Positions 46,470 to 57,328 of a DNA stretch of 64,000 nt are shown piece after piece. Under the pieces are notes generated by a model. That model worked only from the letters and a program-made list of their open reading frames with translations. It was not told the DNA's origin and made no database searches. Each line of letters starts with the position of its first letter. The first letter of the stretch is position 1. The stretch is from IMG/VR virus record IMGVR_UViG_3300020048_003360, positions 144,023 to 208,022 of that record. One strand, written 5' to 3'. The stretch is from a virus. Taxonomy: Duplodnaviria; Caudoviricetes. Made by a program: the position numbers and the translations under genes.

Positions 46470-49199
46470 ATGAAAAACGATAACTTTAAGAAAGTAGTCG
46501 ATGCAGTTCGTGATGATAAGAAATTAAGATTTCCAATCTTAAGTTTAGTCAGAAATGATCCTGGTTTAGCAGCTGTATTAAGTAAGTTAACATCATCTAC
46601 AAATCCAATACAGTATGATAATGCTGGTATGCGCGATAGCCAGATGCCTAATTCCCATATGTTTAGAAACACATCGGATTTAATAGCACAGAATGTTAAC
46701 GACGCACGTACTGTATTACAAGTATTACCCGACATGGAGTTAGCAGCACAAATTTTAGTGAGCTCTATTATTGCTCCTAAAGATATGGTTACTACTGAAC
46801 TTACATATTCCGTAATTGAGGGATTAATAGCTCCAGATGTAGGTGCTGCTTTAATTACAAGAACTAAAAAATATTTTGAGCACGACTATAAAATTAAACC
46901 ACTTTTAGCTAAAATGCTAAGAGATATTTTATTTGAAACTGGTAGTTACGCAATAGCTGTTTTACCAGAAAATACTATTGATGATGTAATCAATGGAAAA
47001 CATAATATTACTCTAGAAAACCTATCAGAACATATTGATTCTAATGGGATGGTAAAACCATTAGGTCTATTAGGACCCGCTATTTCTGAAAGACCGACCG
47101 TTGAGCGTGCTGGTGGTGGTTTATCTTTAGAATCATTAAAAAATCATTCTAATAATAAATTGATAGATGGTAGAGTAACATTAGAATCTGCATTTCAAAA
47201 AACAGTAGATACATTCTTAACAGTAACGGATAATCATAATCTATTAAAAATACCACAAATAAATCAACGAGTCCGTGAAGAAAGGATTGCTAGTATTGTT
47301 GGTATTAAAGCACTAGAATCATTTAGTAGTAAAATAAATGATAGACAAATGACTGGTATGGTATATGGTGAACGTAATACTAACTATATGCCAATTACTA
47401 AACTAAAAACTCAAGAACAATTGAATCGTAAGACTGTGGGTAATCCATTAATATTACATTTACCCAGTGAGTCGGTTATTCCAGTATATGTACCTGGCTG
47501 CGTAGAAGAACAAATTGGTTTCTTTGTATTAATTGATGAAAATGGTAATCCAGTAACAAAAGCAGATAACGTGGATCAGTATCAGCAATTATCCACTAGA
47601 CTAAGTAGTAATGGTAGCTTTCCATCGGCTATGTTGTCTAGAGTGCGCGCTCAAATGCAGGGATTTGTTCCTGACAATAAAGAACATATGGATTTCGCAA
47701 CACGCGCATATGGTGATATTATTGAACAGGATCTATTAGCCAGACTACGTAATGGTGTATATGGTAATGGTGTGGCTTTAGCTAAGAATGAAGAAATCTA
47801 TAGAATTATGTTCTCTAGAACACTGGCTAAACAACATACTCAACTACTATTTATTCCAGTTGAACTAATGACATATATTGCGTTTAGTTTTACACCAGAT
47901 GGTATTGGTAAGTCACTACTAGACAATATGAAGATTCTTAATAGCCTACGTTCTATGGTATTGTTTGCTAATGTAATGGCGTCATTAAAGAACTCTATTG
48001 GTCGCACTGAGGTAAAATTAAAACTAGATGAGACTGACCCAAATCCACAAAAAACTATTGAAGTAGCTATGCATGAGATCATACGTAGTAGACAACAATA
48101 CTTTCCACTCGGTATGAATAGTCCAGCTGACTTGACAGATTGGTTACAAAAATCTGGATTTGAATTTACTTTTGAAGGTCATCCTGGATTACCAGACGTT
48201 AGTGTAGATTTTGGTGAAAAGGCCACTAACTACGTTAAGCCAGATGTGGAGTTAGAAACTAACCTACGCAAACAAGCAATCATGGCGTGTGGATTGAGTC
48301 CTGAAACTGTCGATAATACATTTAATGCTGAATTTGCAGTTAGTGTCGTAACTAACAATATTCTTTTATCTAAACGCGTAACTCAAACTCAAGAACAATT
48401 TACACCACAACTGAGTAGCCATCTACGTAAATGTATGATGAACTCTGAAGAATTGATAAATGATTTACGTAAAATATTAGAGGATAATTTTGATAAACTT
48501 AAAGTAGAGGCAGAAAAGGATGGTGAATTAGAAGATACCGTAGTGGAAAAAAAAGCTACTACTGCTGATGAAAAGAAACAATTAGTAAATAACTATCTTC
48601 GTACATACATTATGAATTTTGAAGTAAAACTACCAGAACCTAATAATGTAACCTTAGAAAATCAAATGTCTTCATTAGATACCTATAGTAAAGCTTTAGA
48701 CGTATCTTTAGACGCATGGATTAGTGAGAAATTCTTTACCACTGATACTGGTGGTGATGTGGCAGCACAAGTGGCTACTGTTAAAGAAGTGGTGAAAGCC
48801 TATTATCTACGTAAGTGGATGGCTGAAAATGGAGTCATGGGAGAACTTGCAGAGATCTCTTTGAAGACGTATGATGGTAGTCCTATGGTAGATATCTTTA
48901 AACTACAGGAAGAGCATCTAGCTAACCTCACAAGTAGTCTAACTAAGTTTATGGTTGGTTTGAATAAAGTGAAGGAAGCCAGTAACAAAATAATGTCTGG
49001 AATAGACACAACAGCTGAAAGTGGTGAGGCTGGTGGTGAAACTGGTGATGAAACTGGTGGTGAAGAAGCTGGTGGTGAAACTGATGATGAATTACCAGAT
49101 GAAGTTCCTGAAGAAACTGATGATGAAGTTAAAGTGAAGGAAGAGGATAAAACTAACTTAAACGATGAGTTACCTGAAGAGGAAGAAAAAAAAGAGTAA
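46470..49199 (+). CDS. Portal protein (phiKZ gp129-like) with acidic C-terminal tail
   Basis: 909 aa; LPDMELAAQILVSSIIAP, RDILFETGSY, FNAEFA...NNILLSKRV; size and position match the recalled phiKZ portal. Confidence 0.7.
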   Translation: MKNDNFKKVVDAVRDDKKLRFPILSLVRNDPGLAAVLSKLTSSTNPIQYDNAGMRDSQMPNSHMFRNTSDLIAQNVNDARTVLQVLPDMELAAQILVSSIIAPKDMVTTELTYSVIEGLIAPDVGAALITRTKKYFEHDYKIKPLLAKMLRDILFETGSYAIAVLPENTIDDVINGKHNITLENLSEHIDSNGMVKPLGLLGPAISERPTVERAGGGLSLESLKNHSNNKLIDGRVTLESAFQKTVDTFLTVTDNHNLLKIPQINQRVREERIASIVGIKALESFSSKINDRQMTGMVYGERNTNYMPITKLKTQEQLNRKTVGNPLILHLPSESVIPVYVPGCVEEQIGFFVLIDENGNPVTKADNVDQYQQLSTRLSSNGSFPSAMLSRVRAQMQGFVPDNKEHMDFATRAYGDIIEQDLLARLRNGVYGNGVALAKNEEIYRIMFSRTLAKQHTQLLFIPVELMTYIAFSFTPDGIGKSLLDNMKILNSLRSMVLFANVMASLKNSIGRTEVKLKLDETDPNPQKTIEVAMHEIIRSRQQYFPLGMNSPADLTDWLQKSGFEFTFEGHPGLPDVSVDFGEKATNYVKPDVELETNLRKQAIMACGLSPETVDNTFNAEFAVSVVTNNILLSKRVTQTQEQFTPQLSSHLRKCMMNSEELINDLRKILEDNFDKLKVEAEKDGELEDTVVEKKATTADEKKQLVNNYLRTYIMNFEVKLPEPNNVTLENQMSSLDTYSKALDVSLDAWISEKFFTTDTGGDVAAQVATVKEVVKAYYLRKWMAENGVMGELAEISLKTYDGSPMVDIFKLQEEHLANLTSSLTKFMVGLNKVKEASNKIMSGIDTTAESGEAGGETGDETGGEEAGGETDDELPDEVPEETDDEVKVKEEDKTNLNDELPEEEEKKE

Positions 49200-49210
49200 A
49201 GTAAAACTGT

Positions 49211-49258
49211 CGTCATAATAGCCAGTTAGGTCGTAATGACCTAACTGGCTATATGCCG
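49211..49258. terminator. Bidirectional hairpin
   Basis: cgtcataatagccagttaggtc / gacctaactggctatatgccg. Confidence 0.8.
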
Positions 49259-49260
49259 TT

Positions 49261-51243
49261 TTATTCTACTAATGTTAATAAATAAGAACTATCATCAATC
49301 AGTCCTTTACAGAAGCTAATTACTCTTCCATCTTTTGTTCTGATTAAATTTCGTGAAAACTCACTTTCACGCGCTATATTAGCTGCATTTATACTATTTA
49401 CTAACCCATATAAGAATGAGCATGTCCCATATTCTAATTTAGCCGATAAATTATCAGCTAAATTAATTCCAAGATCAAATACACTGTAGTCAATATATGT
49501 CAAACAATATTCGGTTGCCAAATACGTACAATGCGGTGATGCTGGATCGTCTGAATCTGGTAGTGTGCATTCTGGATCATAGTAGCTATGATTATCGTGT
49601 AGATTTAGCATAACTGTTTTGATATACTTATCCTGATGTTTTAGGAAACTGTTAAAAATAACATCGCCAAACTCAGTACCAATATGATTTATCAAATCAA
49701 CTATATCGGTAACAAAATTTTCAATACTAACACCTGGAATACCCATCTCCTCCTTTAAAAGTCGGTTAATTAAAGCTGTCATTCTGACATTACATTGTGT
49801 CCAAAACTCTAAACTAGAGTTATTAAACAACTCCAGCATCTTTCTGCTCAATGCTTCAAATGTTTTAGTTGCACTGAACTCATTAAGTACTGCGATATCA
49901 TCATGTGTTGAAATGATCGTATTCGCAACAATGTAATAACCACGATATATTTTTGAAACCTCACCACCAGTAAATTCAAATGATTGTAATCTATGTACAT
50001 TTAAATTTGTCCATGCATCAGCTAATGAACTTTTAACCAAGGTTTTACCATTAATATAGGTGGTAATTTCAGGATCTATTATTTTTTCAGGTTCAGCTTG
50101 AATGGTGCTGCTGGCGATTTGTACTTTATTATGGCTTTCTGTTAGTTTTACAAAAACAGTATCGCTATTTTCAAACTTAAAAGGTTCTGGCACTGTACCA
50201 AAAACAGTGATGAGTTTATGTCGTTCTTCATCCATTAGTTTACTCTCTCTTGGTTTGGTAAAGACTCCAGACACATTACCGTCTGACCCAATATTATAAT
50301 ATAACTCATGTGTTAGAATATTTGTTACTGGATAATAATGTTCATGTTTCAGAGGTCTCCATTTAATACCAGATAAATTAACTGGGACTATAGAAGATAC
50401 AGCTTGTGCTACAACTGGTGCTGATTGAGTCATTTCTGTTGCCCTAGGAGTAAATGGTTGTGAAAGATCAGGTGTTTGCTTTTGTTGTAAGATGTCTCTA
50501 CTGTATTTACCACCACCACTAACACTTTTAGATACGTTGCTTGGCCGATTAGGTTGTTGACTAAATACACTAGGTGCATTTGATTGAAACTGAGGTTGCT
50601 GCGGATACTGAGGTTGTTGAAACTGTTGTTGCGGATACTGAGGTTGTTGAAACTGTTGCTGCGGATACTGAGGTTGTTGAAACTGTTGCTGTGGATACTG
50701 AGGTTGCTGTGGATACTGACTTGATCTCATCTGCACCCTCATAGACTCAACTTGTGCTATCATATTACGATACTCATTAATCGCCATACTGGCTACAGCT
50801 GCAGTTTGTTGATTGAGCATCTGACCTAAATGCGGATATATTGCTAGATTATTTGCACAATATAGCTCACATACCCTACTAACAGCATCTTGAACAGCTA
50901 CCTCTGGATTAGCATATACTCTATTCTGCACACCTAAAACAATGTAGTCAAGAATAATCTTAACTAAATTATCAAATTCTTGGTTAGCAAAATAATTTAC
51001 AGCCATCTGATTACACATGAAGATGCGTAGTGGTGACTGACTACTAGTTTTATTCTGTATTTCTACAGCAGCACCTGCAGCTACTACAGGCACTAACTGC
51101 ATCATCCAATTTGGTCCAACGTAATTGTTAGGTACGTATGGTGGATTATTTAACCCTATCTGAATTGGTGGTAATAACAGTCTATCCGCCGGTGGATAGG
51201 GTGGTTGCTGTTGATTATACATATTACTCCTTAACTTAGTCAA
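49261..51243 (-). CDS. Hypothetical protein with central Q/P-rich repeat region
   Basis: 660 aa (probable start MYNQQQ); directly downstream of the nvRNAP subunit. Confidence 0.65.
   Translation of the reverse strand: MTKLRSNMYNQQQPPYPPADRLLLPPIQIGLNNPPYVPNNYVGPNWMMQLVPVVAAGAAVEIQNKTSSQSPLRIFMCNQMAVNYFANQEFDNLVKIILDYIVLGVQNRVYANPEVAVQDAVSRVCELYCANNLAIYPHLGQMLNQQTAAVASMAINEYRNMIAQVESMRVQMRSSQYPQQPQYPQQQFQQPQYPQQQFQQPQYPQQQFQQPQYPQQPQFQSNAPSVFSQQPNRPSNVSKSVSGGGKYSRDILQQKQTPDLSQPFTPRATEMTQSAPVVAQAVSSIVPVNLSGIKWRPLKHEHYYPVTNILTHELYYNIGSDGNVSGVFTKPRESKLMDEERHKLITVFGTVPEPFKFENSDTVFVKLTESHNKVQIASSTIQAEPEKIIDPEITTYINGKTLVKSSLADAWTNLNVHRLQSFEFTGGEVSKIYRGYYIVANTIISTHDDIAVLNEFSATKTFEALSRKMLELFNNSSLEFWTQCNVRMTALINRLLKEEMGIPGVSIENFVTDIVDLINHIGTEFGDVIFNSFLKHQDKYIKTVMLNLHDNHSYYDPECTLPDSDDPASPHCTYLATEYCLTYIDYSVFDLGINLADNLSAKLEYGTCSFLYGLVNSINAANIARESEFSRNLIRTKDGRVISFCKGLIDDSSYLLTLVE
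50590..50718 (-). repeat. 30-nt tandem repeat encoding QQPQYPQQQF
   Basis: gcggatactgaggttgttgaaactgttg(c/t)t about three times plus partial units. Confidence 0.9.
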
Positions 51244-51291
51244 ATAGACAAAATGTTTACGCGCGTGAAAACACTTACGTCTGCCTCTTTT

Positions 51292-52902
51292 TTACCGCCT
51301 AATCATAGCCTGTATGTTATCCAATAGATCAACAAACTTTGGATTACGCATGACTACTCCGTCTCTCCCGATATGAACACAATTATTAATCTTACTTCTT
51401 CCACTAGGATCACTTTTAGTAATCGCATGTGAATTACCCACTTCAGCAACCGATACATGTAGGCGCTTTGCTGGATCACTTAATGTAGCTCTTTCTTTAC
51501 GACTGTTCAATCTACTACTATCACCCTGAGCCACTAAGAGACTGGTGATCTTAAATGCTTTATTATCACCTGAACTACTAATGGTTGAGATCTCGCCATG
51601 ATTTCTAGTAAGAGAGAAGATTAGTCCTGTCTTAATAGTCATGTTCATTGCTGAAATAATCTCTTTTGCAGTTAATTCTCTTTTACTTGCTGCTTTTAAC
51701 TTAAAGTATAATTTAAAGATAGCGCTAGTGATTTCATACATCACGTAGTAAACTATATTTAATTCCTTATTATACATACTAGCCACACTATCAGCAGCAT
51801 TTAATAACCATTCATTATAGTGCTCTATAACCACTGCAAATAATTGATATATGTCAGTAACTGGTACACCGATATCTTTTAACTTATGCAGTATTAAACT
51901 ATCTATGTATTCATCCAATGACATAATGTGGTCGTTTATATCATCATACAGTTTTCCTTCGTTAACTGATCCAGAAAAGATAATGTGTCCTAACAAAATC
52001 ATCCATAGTCTTTTTGAATCCAAATACTCCATTGATGGTTGAATACGATTAGGAAAATGATCAACTACATAAAAGAAACCACCAATCATATTCTTTACCA
52101 TTGGTGTGAATTCTGATTTACGTATTGCTACTTTTACTTGACTGGGTTCATAAAAACCCCTTCCACAACCCTTTGGTTTTATCTGACTACTACTACAGAT
52201 AATCCATTCATCTTCTGGGAAACTAATTACATTAATTTCACCATCACCCACTATAGGTGTACAGTTACCAAACTTTAGGAATGTATCAGTAAAGCCATAT
52301 TTACACAATAGATAATGCATTAAGGTGCAATTTGCTTTTACTGTGGGTCGTAAATTATTTAATCGAGTTGGTCTATGGTAAATTTCACTATGCGATACCT
52401 GCACTATCTCACGCTTAGCATCTATCATAAAACCATGACTACTACGTTTAAATGTCAGTCTATCACGTAATAATCTAACGAATATATCAGACACACCAAC
52501 ACTCACCACTCTATCCGATAAGATTGGTGTAATATTAAATCTACTGCCACCAAGGTGTATAAACCCACCATCATCTACATATGGTAGAAATAAATATCTA
52601 GCATCTAAGGCCACACCATTATAATGGAAGAAATACTTCATTAAATAAATATTTGACTTAGCTACATCAATTATTCGTTTAGTACCTTTCTTCTTACCAA
52701 TAAAAGCGAATTCTTCACTAGGTGTGCATCTATGGCAGCCACTATATACTAAACCTTTTGGAAAACCTTTCGATGCGCTATGCATTACTGCATCCACATA
52801 TTCTTCCACATACTTTAGATGCTCACACGCTAACCCATTGGCTATCAATGGGTTTATCTTAGGAACATCTTTATCAAGCATTTGCGCTAATACGGGATCC
52901 AT
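51292..52902 (-). CDS. Non-virion RNA polymerase beta subunit, N-terminal part (phiKZ gp123-like)
   Basis: 536 aa; GL.Y.GC.RCTP.EEF, RYLFLPY, LGGS.F..TP...D blocks recalled for gp123; position between capsid and portal matches synteny. Confidence 0.7.
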   Translation of the reverse strand: MDPVLAQMLDKDVPKINPLIANGLACEHLKYVEEYVDAVMHSASKGFPKGLVYSGCHRCTPSEEFAFIGKKKGTKRIIDVAKSNIYLMKYFFHYNGVALDARYLFLPYVDDGGFIHLGGSRFNITPILSDRVVSVGVSDIFVRLLRDRLTFKRSSHGFMIDAKREIVQVSHSEIYHRPTRLNNLRPTVKANCTLMHYLLCKYGFTDTFLKFGNCTPIVGDGEINVISFPEDEWIICSSSQIKPKGCGRGFYEPSQVKVAIRKSEFTPMVKNMIGGFFYVVDHFPNRIQPSMEYLDSKRLWMILLGHIIFSGSVNEGKLYDDINDHIMSLDEYIDSLILHKLKDIGVPVTDIYQLFAVVIEHYNEWLLNAADSVASMYNKELNIVYYVMYEITSAIFKLYFKLKAASKRELTAKEIISAMNMTIKTGLIFSLTRNHGEISTISSSGDNKAFKITSLLVAQGDSSRLNSRKERATLSDPAKRLHVSVAEVGNSHAITKSDPSGRSKINNCVHIGRDGVVMRNPKFVDLLDNIQAMIRR

Positions 52903-52980
52903 TATTTTTCCTATCGTCTTTAGGTTATGAGTCCACTAAATCGAATAGTGAACTCATAAATTAAAGCATTGCAATAAATA

Positions 52981-54186
52981 TTATCCAAATGCTTTAAAAG
53001 CCATAAAGGCACCGGCAATACCCATTATAACTGTGGGCATTATTTTAAGTATCTCTGATTCATCTTTTCTCTTATAGCTCCTTTCCTCATATCGATCTTT
53101 AGTTTTTTCTCCTTTAACTTTTTGCTGTAATAAAATCTTAGCAGCATTAAGCTCTTCTTTTAGGAGTATATCCTTTGTTTCTAACTCCAATAATTTTTGT
53201 TTATGTAAGCTATCGGCTACTGCAGCTTTCTGTCTTAATTCATGTTCCGTATTCTCCATTTCTAATAGTTTTTGTCTATGCTGATTATTCGATATCTCAG
53301 CTTTCTTTGTTAACTCACTTAGTAGTTGCTGATGTCTTAATTCAGCACTTTCTAATTCCATTACTGCAGCTGCATCAGTTTTACTATTTAATGCATTTTC
53401 TCTCGATCTAAATAAACCTAACTTTAGATCAACCTCATCACTAAATGGATAATAGACAACGTTATCTGAAGTAATGTTTAGTTTATTCTCTTCCACATCA
53501 CTACCACCATCTGGTATTAGATAAATACCATTTTTCATCCTAGCCATTTTAAAAGGAAATACTTTCTGTATTTCATTTAAAAAACTATAATAACGTACAC
53601 CGTACGTACAGTCATTATCCACTATTAGAATAGCATTATTTTTTATTCTATATGGATTAGTAGTCGATACAGCATCTTCAATTGTAGAGTACTCTCCTAT
53701 TTGTGAGTAAGGATGTGGTGGTGCATCATCACTATCCTCTAGAGATATAAGTATATCTAACATTTTATTATAGCCGCTACCTCCAAGTTCTTTTAATTCA
53801 TTAAGGGTCATTGAATAACTTAATCCGATCCTAAGACCACCGTGGTGATTATTTAATATCTGTTGTGTAAATGCCTCCTTAAACATCTTTAATTCAGTAG
53901 TTGATGTTTCACCAATTGACGTGATGAATCTTTTAAAATCAGCTTGTAGATTAGGTCTAATATGGTACTCTACCCTTACAGTAAACGCCACACTACTTAA
54001 CGAAAACTGAGTTGGTAAAGTTAACTTAATACCAGAACGTAAAACTACCGTAATTGGCGCTGATGTGTTATTAATATAACTAAACTTTGTTTCAAAAGGA
54101 CTAGCACCATCTATTACATTTGGTGGTCCTATTGGTGTTACATTTATATTGCTCTGAAACATGGGTGGGATGTTAATGGATGACAT
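52981..54186 (-). CDS. Conserved hypothetical protein with C-terminal coiled coil
   Basis: 401 aa; heptad-like HRQKLLE / HKQKLLE repeats and hydrophobic terminus. Confidence 0.65.
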   Translation of the reverse strand: MSSINIPPMFQSNINVTPIGPPNVIDGASPFETKFSYINNTSAPITVVLRSGIKLTLPTQFSLSSVAFTVRVEYHIRPNLQADFKRFITSIGETSTTELKMFKEAFTQQILNNHHGGLRIGLSYSMTLNELKELGGSGYNKMLDILISLEDSDDAPPHPYSQIGEYSTIEDAVSTTNPYRIKNNAILIVDNDCTYGVRYYSFLNEIQKVFPFKMARMKNGIYLIPDGGSDVEENKLNITSDNVVYYPFSDEVDLKLGLFRSRENALNSKTDAAAVMELESAELRHQQLLSELTKKAEISNNQHRQKLLEMENTEHELRQKAAVADSLHKQKLLELETKDILLKEELNAAKILLQQKVKGEKTKDRYEERSYKRKDESEILKIMPTVIMGIAGAFMAFKAFG

Positions 54187-54265
54187 CGCAATTTGTCTTC
54201 TATACTGCTAGAAGTTCCCAGTAATTTTTCATAACTACACCTCTTTAAAGACGAATACCAAAAGT

Positions 54266-54305
54266 ACTACATATAGGTAATATATTGCCATAATTATTTT
54301 GAATA
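54266..54305 (-). promoter_or_regulatory. phiKZ-type early promoter (extended motif)
   Basis: Minus strand TATTCAAAATAATTATGGCAATATATTACCTATATGTAGT, upstream of the operon containing the nvRNAP subunit. Confidence 0.7.
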
Positions 54306-54317
54306 ATAAACATACGG

Positions 54318-54360
54318 CATATTAGTCACACTGGTTTAAATTACCAGTGTGACTAATATG
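54318..54360 (-). terminator. Hairpin terminator
   Basis: catattagtcacactggt / accagtgtgactaatatg. Confidence 0.75.
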
Positions 54361-54507
54361 TTAATTTATTCCTTACAAATACTACATAATTTCAATTTAC
54401 ACGCTATGAATAAAATGGCGATAGATATTCCATATAAAATTACTAATGAGATTAAAACCCGTCCACCACCAATTAATACTGTAATTATAATGTCCATTTA
54501 CAAAATA

Positions 54508-54840
54508 TTAATTTGTGTTATTCACTACATCTGCGTCAATAAACAAATATTTAATAAATCCATCTAATAATTCTAATTCTGTAGAATGAGAAGGAGTATC
54601 ATCACTTAATGTTTCAATATAATTATTTTTAGCAGTCTGAAGATTCTTAAACATTTCTGATTCATATACAGATAGTGCCTCATCTACAGCAGCCTTAACA
54701 CTATTTCTAATTAAGTCATTTAGTTTTTCTCTATCTATAGTAATTAAGTCGCTAGCAGGTACATTTAAATCGGCACCTAAGCTATTATTATTAGTAGGTA
54801 CAACTAGGTCTGAAGAAGGATAATGAACTAGATCACTCAT
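54508..54840 (-). CDS. Hypothetical protein
   Basis: 110 aa, AAGGA RBS. Confidence 0.6.
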   Translation of the reverse strand: MSDLVHYPSSDLVVPTNNNSLGADLNVPASDLITIDREKLNDLIRNSVKAAVDEALSVYESEMFKNLQTAKNNYIETLSDDTPSHSTELELLDGFIKYLFIDADVVNNTN

Positions 54841-54919
54841 TTTAATATTCCTTAAATATTATTAAAAAACTTCTACTCACATTATGTTGAATTTTAGTAT
54901 TTTTTAATTATACAGCATA

Positions 54920-54959
54920 TAGGAGATGCTACAGATATCGATATCTATAGCATCTCCTA
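54920..54959 (-). terminator. Hairpin after the major capsid gene
   Basis: taggagatgctacagatat / atatctatagcatctccta. Confidence 0.75.
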
Positions 54960-54990
54960 AGGCCCAATAATTATTTCTTTACTACTTTAC

Positions 54991-57210
54991 TTATGGTACA
55001 GAACGGAAGTTAACAGGCACTTTACCCACAGAAACAACATCAGAAATACCAGTAACAACGAGTGATGACATAATTGGCAAGTTAGTAACGTGTAGGAAAG
55101 AAGGTTGAACAGTTAGTTCTTTGCTATTGGCACCGTTACGATGAATAGGTAGAACCAAAGTTAGTTCAGGTTTCCATGCCATGTTACCGAAATGCATTGG
55201 GTTAGGTACGCCATCCATACCAGAATCAAACACACCAAAGGTCATGATGATCTTACCAGCCATGGTACGGTTCAATGTAGAAACAATCTTAACATTGAAA
55301 TCATTACCTAGGGTACGGAAATCACCGCTAACAGTTAGATAGCGAGAAAGAACTGGATCAGTGCCAATGATAATGGTAGGTGTGGGTGCAACGCCACCAG
55401 CTAACGCATCAGCGGCAGCCTTATAGCCAGAATCACGATACATACGGTAAGCCATGTCCCGAAGCTTGTTAACTAGAACAGCTTGAATATCAGCAGAACG
55501 CTCATGTGACTTTAATGAATCAATCTGAGCATTAACGTCAATTTCAGCATACTCATAGAAAGGAGTAATCAAGAAACGTGAAACGCCTAGAATTTCAGGA
55601 GCGGCAGCACCTAGATTAGCAGGAGCGGTAACGCCAACATACTCAGCTAGATAACTTTCAACACGTAGTAGTTCAGCAACTGCTTCGTTAGACGTACGGA
55701 TGTGGGTAGCTGTAATTAGAGCAGCCAAATCGGTAGAGTCATTCACATCACCTAGGGTTAGAGGACGTGGAACGGTAATTGGTGAGCGTAGTGGGACAGC
55801 GTAAACTTGATTGTAATAGGTGGTGTCAAGCATCTGACCACGCATACGACGGTTCAAGTTAGTACGACGTGCATCTAGATCGTAACCAATCATTTTGGCA
55901 TCGGCAAATAGAGTAGCAATAGCTAGACCAGTACCAGCGGTAAGGTCAAGAGATGCACCGCTATTATCAATAACACTAACAACACTAATATTGCTAGCAA
56001 ACAAGCTGGTATCAGCTAGTTCTAGGTTAACGCCACCAGAAACAGAAATGCCTAGACGAACTTGGAAGTCACCAGCAATAACTGGAGCCAAAATAGCAGA
56101 AGCAGCACCAGTAACATCTTTGGTGTTAGCATTAACTAGAAGACTCTTAGTGGTAAACTGTACGTTCATCAAACGGTAGTTCTGTTGTACTGAATACGTG
56201 AAGACAGCCAATGGCAGACGCTGTGTAGCGAATGGGATGACTTCAGCGGTAGCACCAGCACCCAATTGCATATAGATAGCAGCCAAAGTAATAGCAGTAT
56301 CGATAGAATCAGTGGTATCTTGTAGACCGGTCTCTAGTAGAGCGGCAGTCTGTGAAATACCTAGTAGGGAGAAACTCTTACCAACAGCATATGCTGAAGT
56401 AGTAACGCTTTCACCATCAGCAACAACAACGTCCTTAGGAGGAAGTAGTGCGGCATCAACAAAGTTATGTGCTGACTCAGCACGATAAACTGGAACAATC
56501 TTGGTCATATCATTCTGAAGAATGGTAGGATCAATAACAGCTTGGATGATGTTACGTTTATTGAACTGATCTAGATTGCCGGTAATCTGACGACGCACTT
56601 CATTGTAAACTTGAATGAGGCGAATAGAGACAGTAAAACCAACTTGGTCAGGGGTAACTACTACGGTGGGGTAGAAGGTCTCACCAAACTCATCCTGACG
56701 TGCTGCTTGCATGTTATAAGCAACAGAATACACAACAGCATTCTTGTTTTCTTTTTCATCGTAGGCTTCTAGAGCCTGACGCATACGCTCGCTAGTGAAA
56801 TCACCACCAGACGGGGAGATAAAAGAAACAGATTCACTAGCAACTACATTACGGCTGATAGGTGCTTGAATGAAACCAGGAATGTCGCCAGAGATAATAG
56901 CTGCAGCAACACCAGCATCACGTTGAGCTTGGGTTAGTTTAGCAAAGCCAGTACCATGAGTAGCAACAATGCTTTCAAGAGCGGTACTAAGTGAACCAAT
57001 GCTACGCTGAACTTCTAGTTCTACAGTAGCGTCCATACCTTCTAGAGAGATGGCGCTTCTAGAAATAGATTTAGAAACAAATTGATGACCGTGTACATTT
57101 AGCTCGCCCTGAATACCTGCAACCATAGTGTCAAGTGGGGTAGTGGCGAAAGAGCTACCAAGACGTTGCTTATTGCTGAATAATGAATTTTTCATTATAG
57201 TGAACCTCAA
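54991..57210 (-). CDS. Major capsid protein (phiKZ gp120-like); probable start MKNSLF at 57195
   Basis: About 735 aa, codon usage typical of a highly expressed gene; ALE|AYDE site like phiKZ prohead-protease sites; QDEFGETFYPTVVVTPD and HFGNMAWKPEL blocks. Confidence 0.85.
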   Translation of the reverse strand: MRFTIMKNSLFSNKQRLGSSFATTPLDTMVAGIQGELNVHGHQFVSKSISRSAISLEGMDATVELEVQRSIGSLSTALESIVATHGTGFAKLTQAQRDAGVAAAIISGDIPGFIQAPISRNVVASESVSFISPSGGDFTSERMRQALEAYDEKENKNAVVYSVAYNMQAARQDEFGETFYPTVVVTPDQVGFTVSIRLIQVYNEVRRQITGNLDQFNKRNIIQAVIDPTILQNDMTKIVPVYRAESAHNFVDAALLPPKDVVVADGESVTTSAYAVGKSFSLLGISQTAALLETGLQDTTDSIDTAITLAAIYMQLGAGATAEVIPFATQRLPLAVFTYSVQQNYRLMNVQFTTKSLLVNANTKDVTGAASAILAPVIAGDFQVRLGISVSGGVNLELADTSLFASNISVVSVIDNSGASLDLTAGTGLAIATLFADAKMIGYDLDARRTNLNRRMRGQMLDTTYYNQVYAVPLRSPITVPRPLTLGDVNDSTDLAALITATHIRTSNEAVAELLRVESYLAEYVGVTAPANLGAAAPEILGVSRFLITPFYEYAEIDVNAQIDSLKSHERSADIQAVLVNKLRDMAYRMYRDSGYKAAADALAGGVAPTPTIIIGTDPVLSRYLTVSGDFRTLGNDFNVKIVSTLNRTMAGKIIMTFGVFDSGMDGVPNPMHFGNMAWKPELTLVLPIHRNGANSKELTVQPSFLHVTNLPIMSSLVVTGISDVVSVGKVPVNFRSVP

Positions 57211-57328
57211 AAAAATTAAAGAAACTTACTATTGGGCATTGAGTTTAAACTCATAGATATTAATGCTTTTTACACATAGAGAAAAATTCTTCGCAATATT
57301 ACGCTAATGAAATCTCCTTAAACCACCA

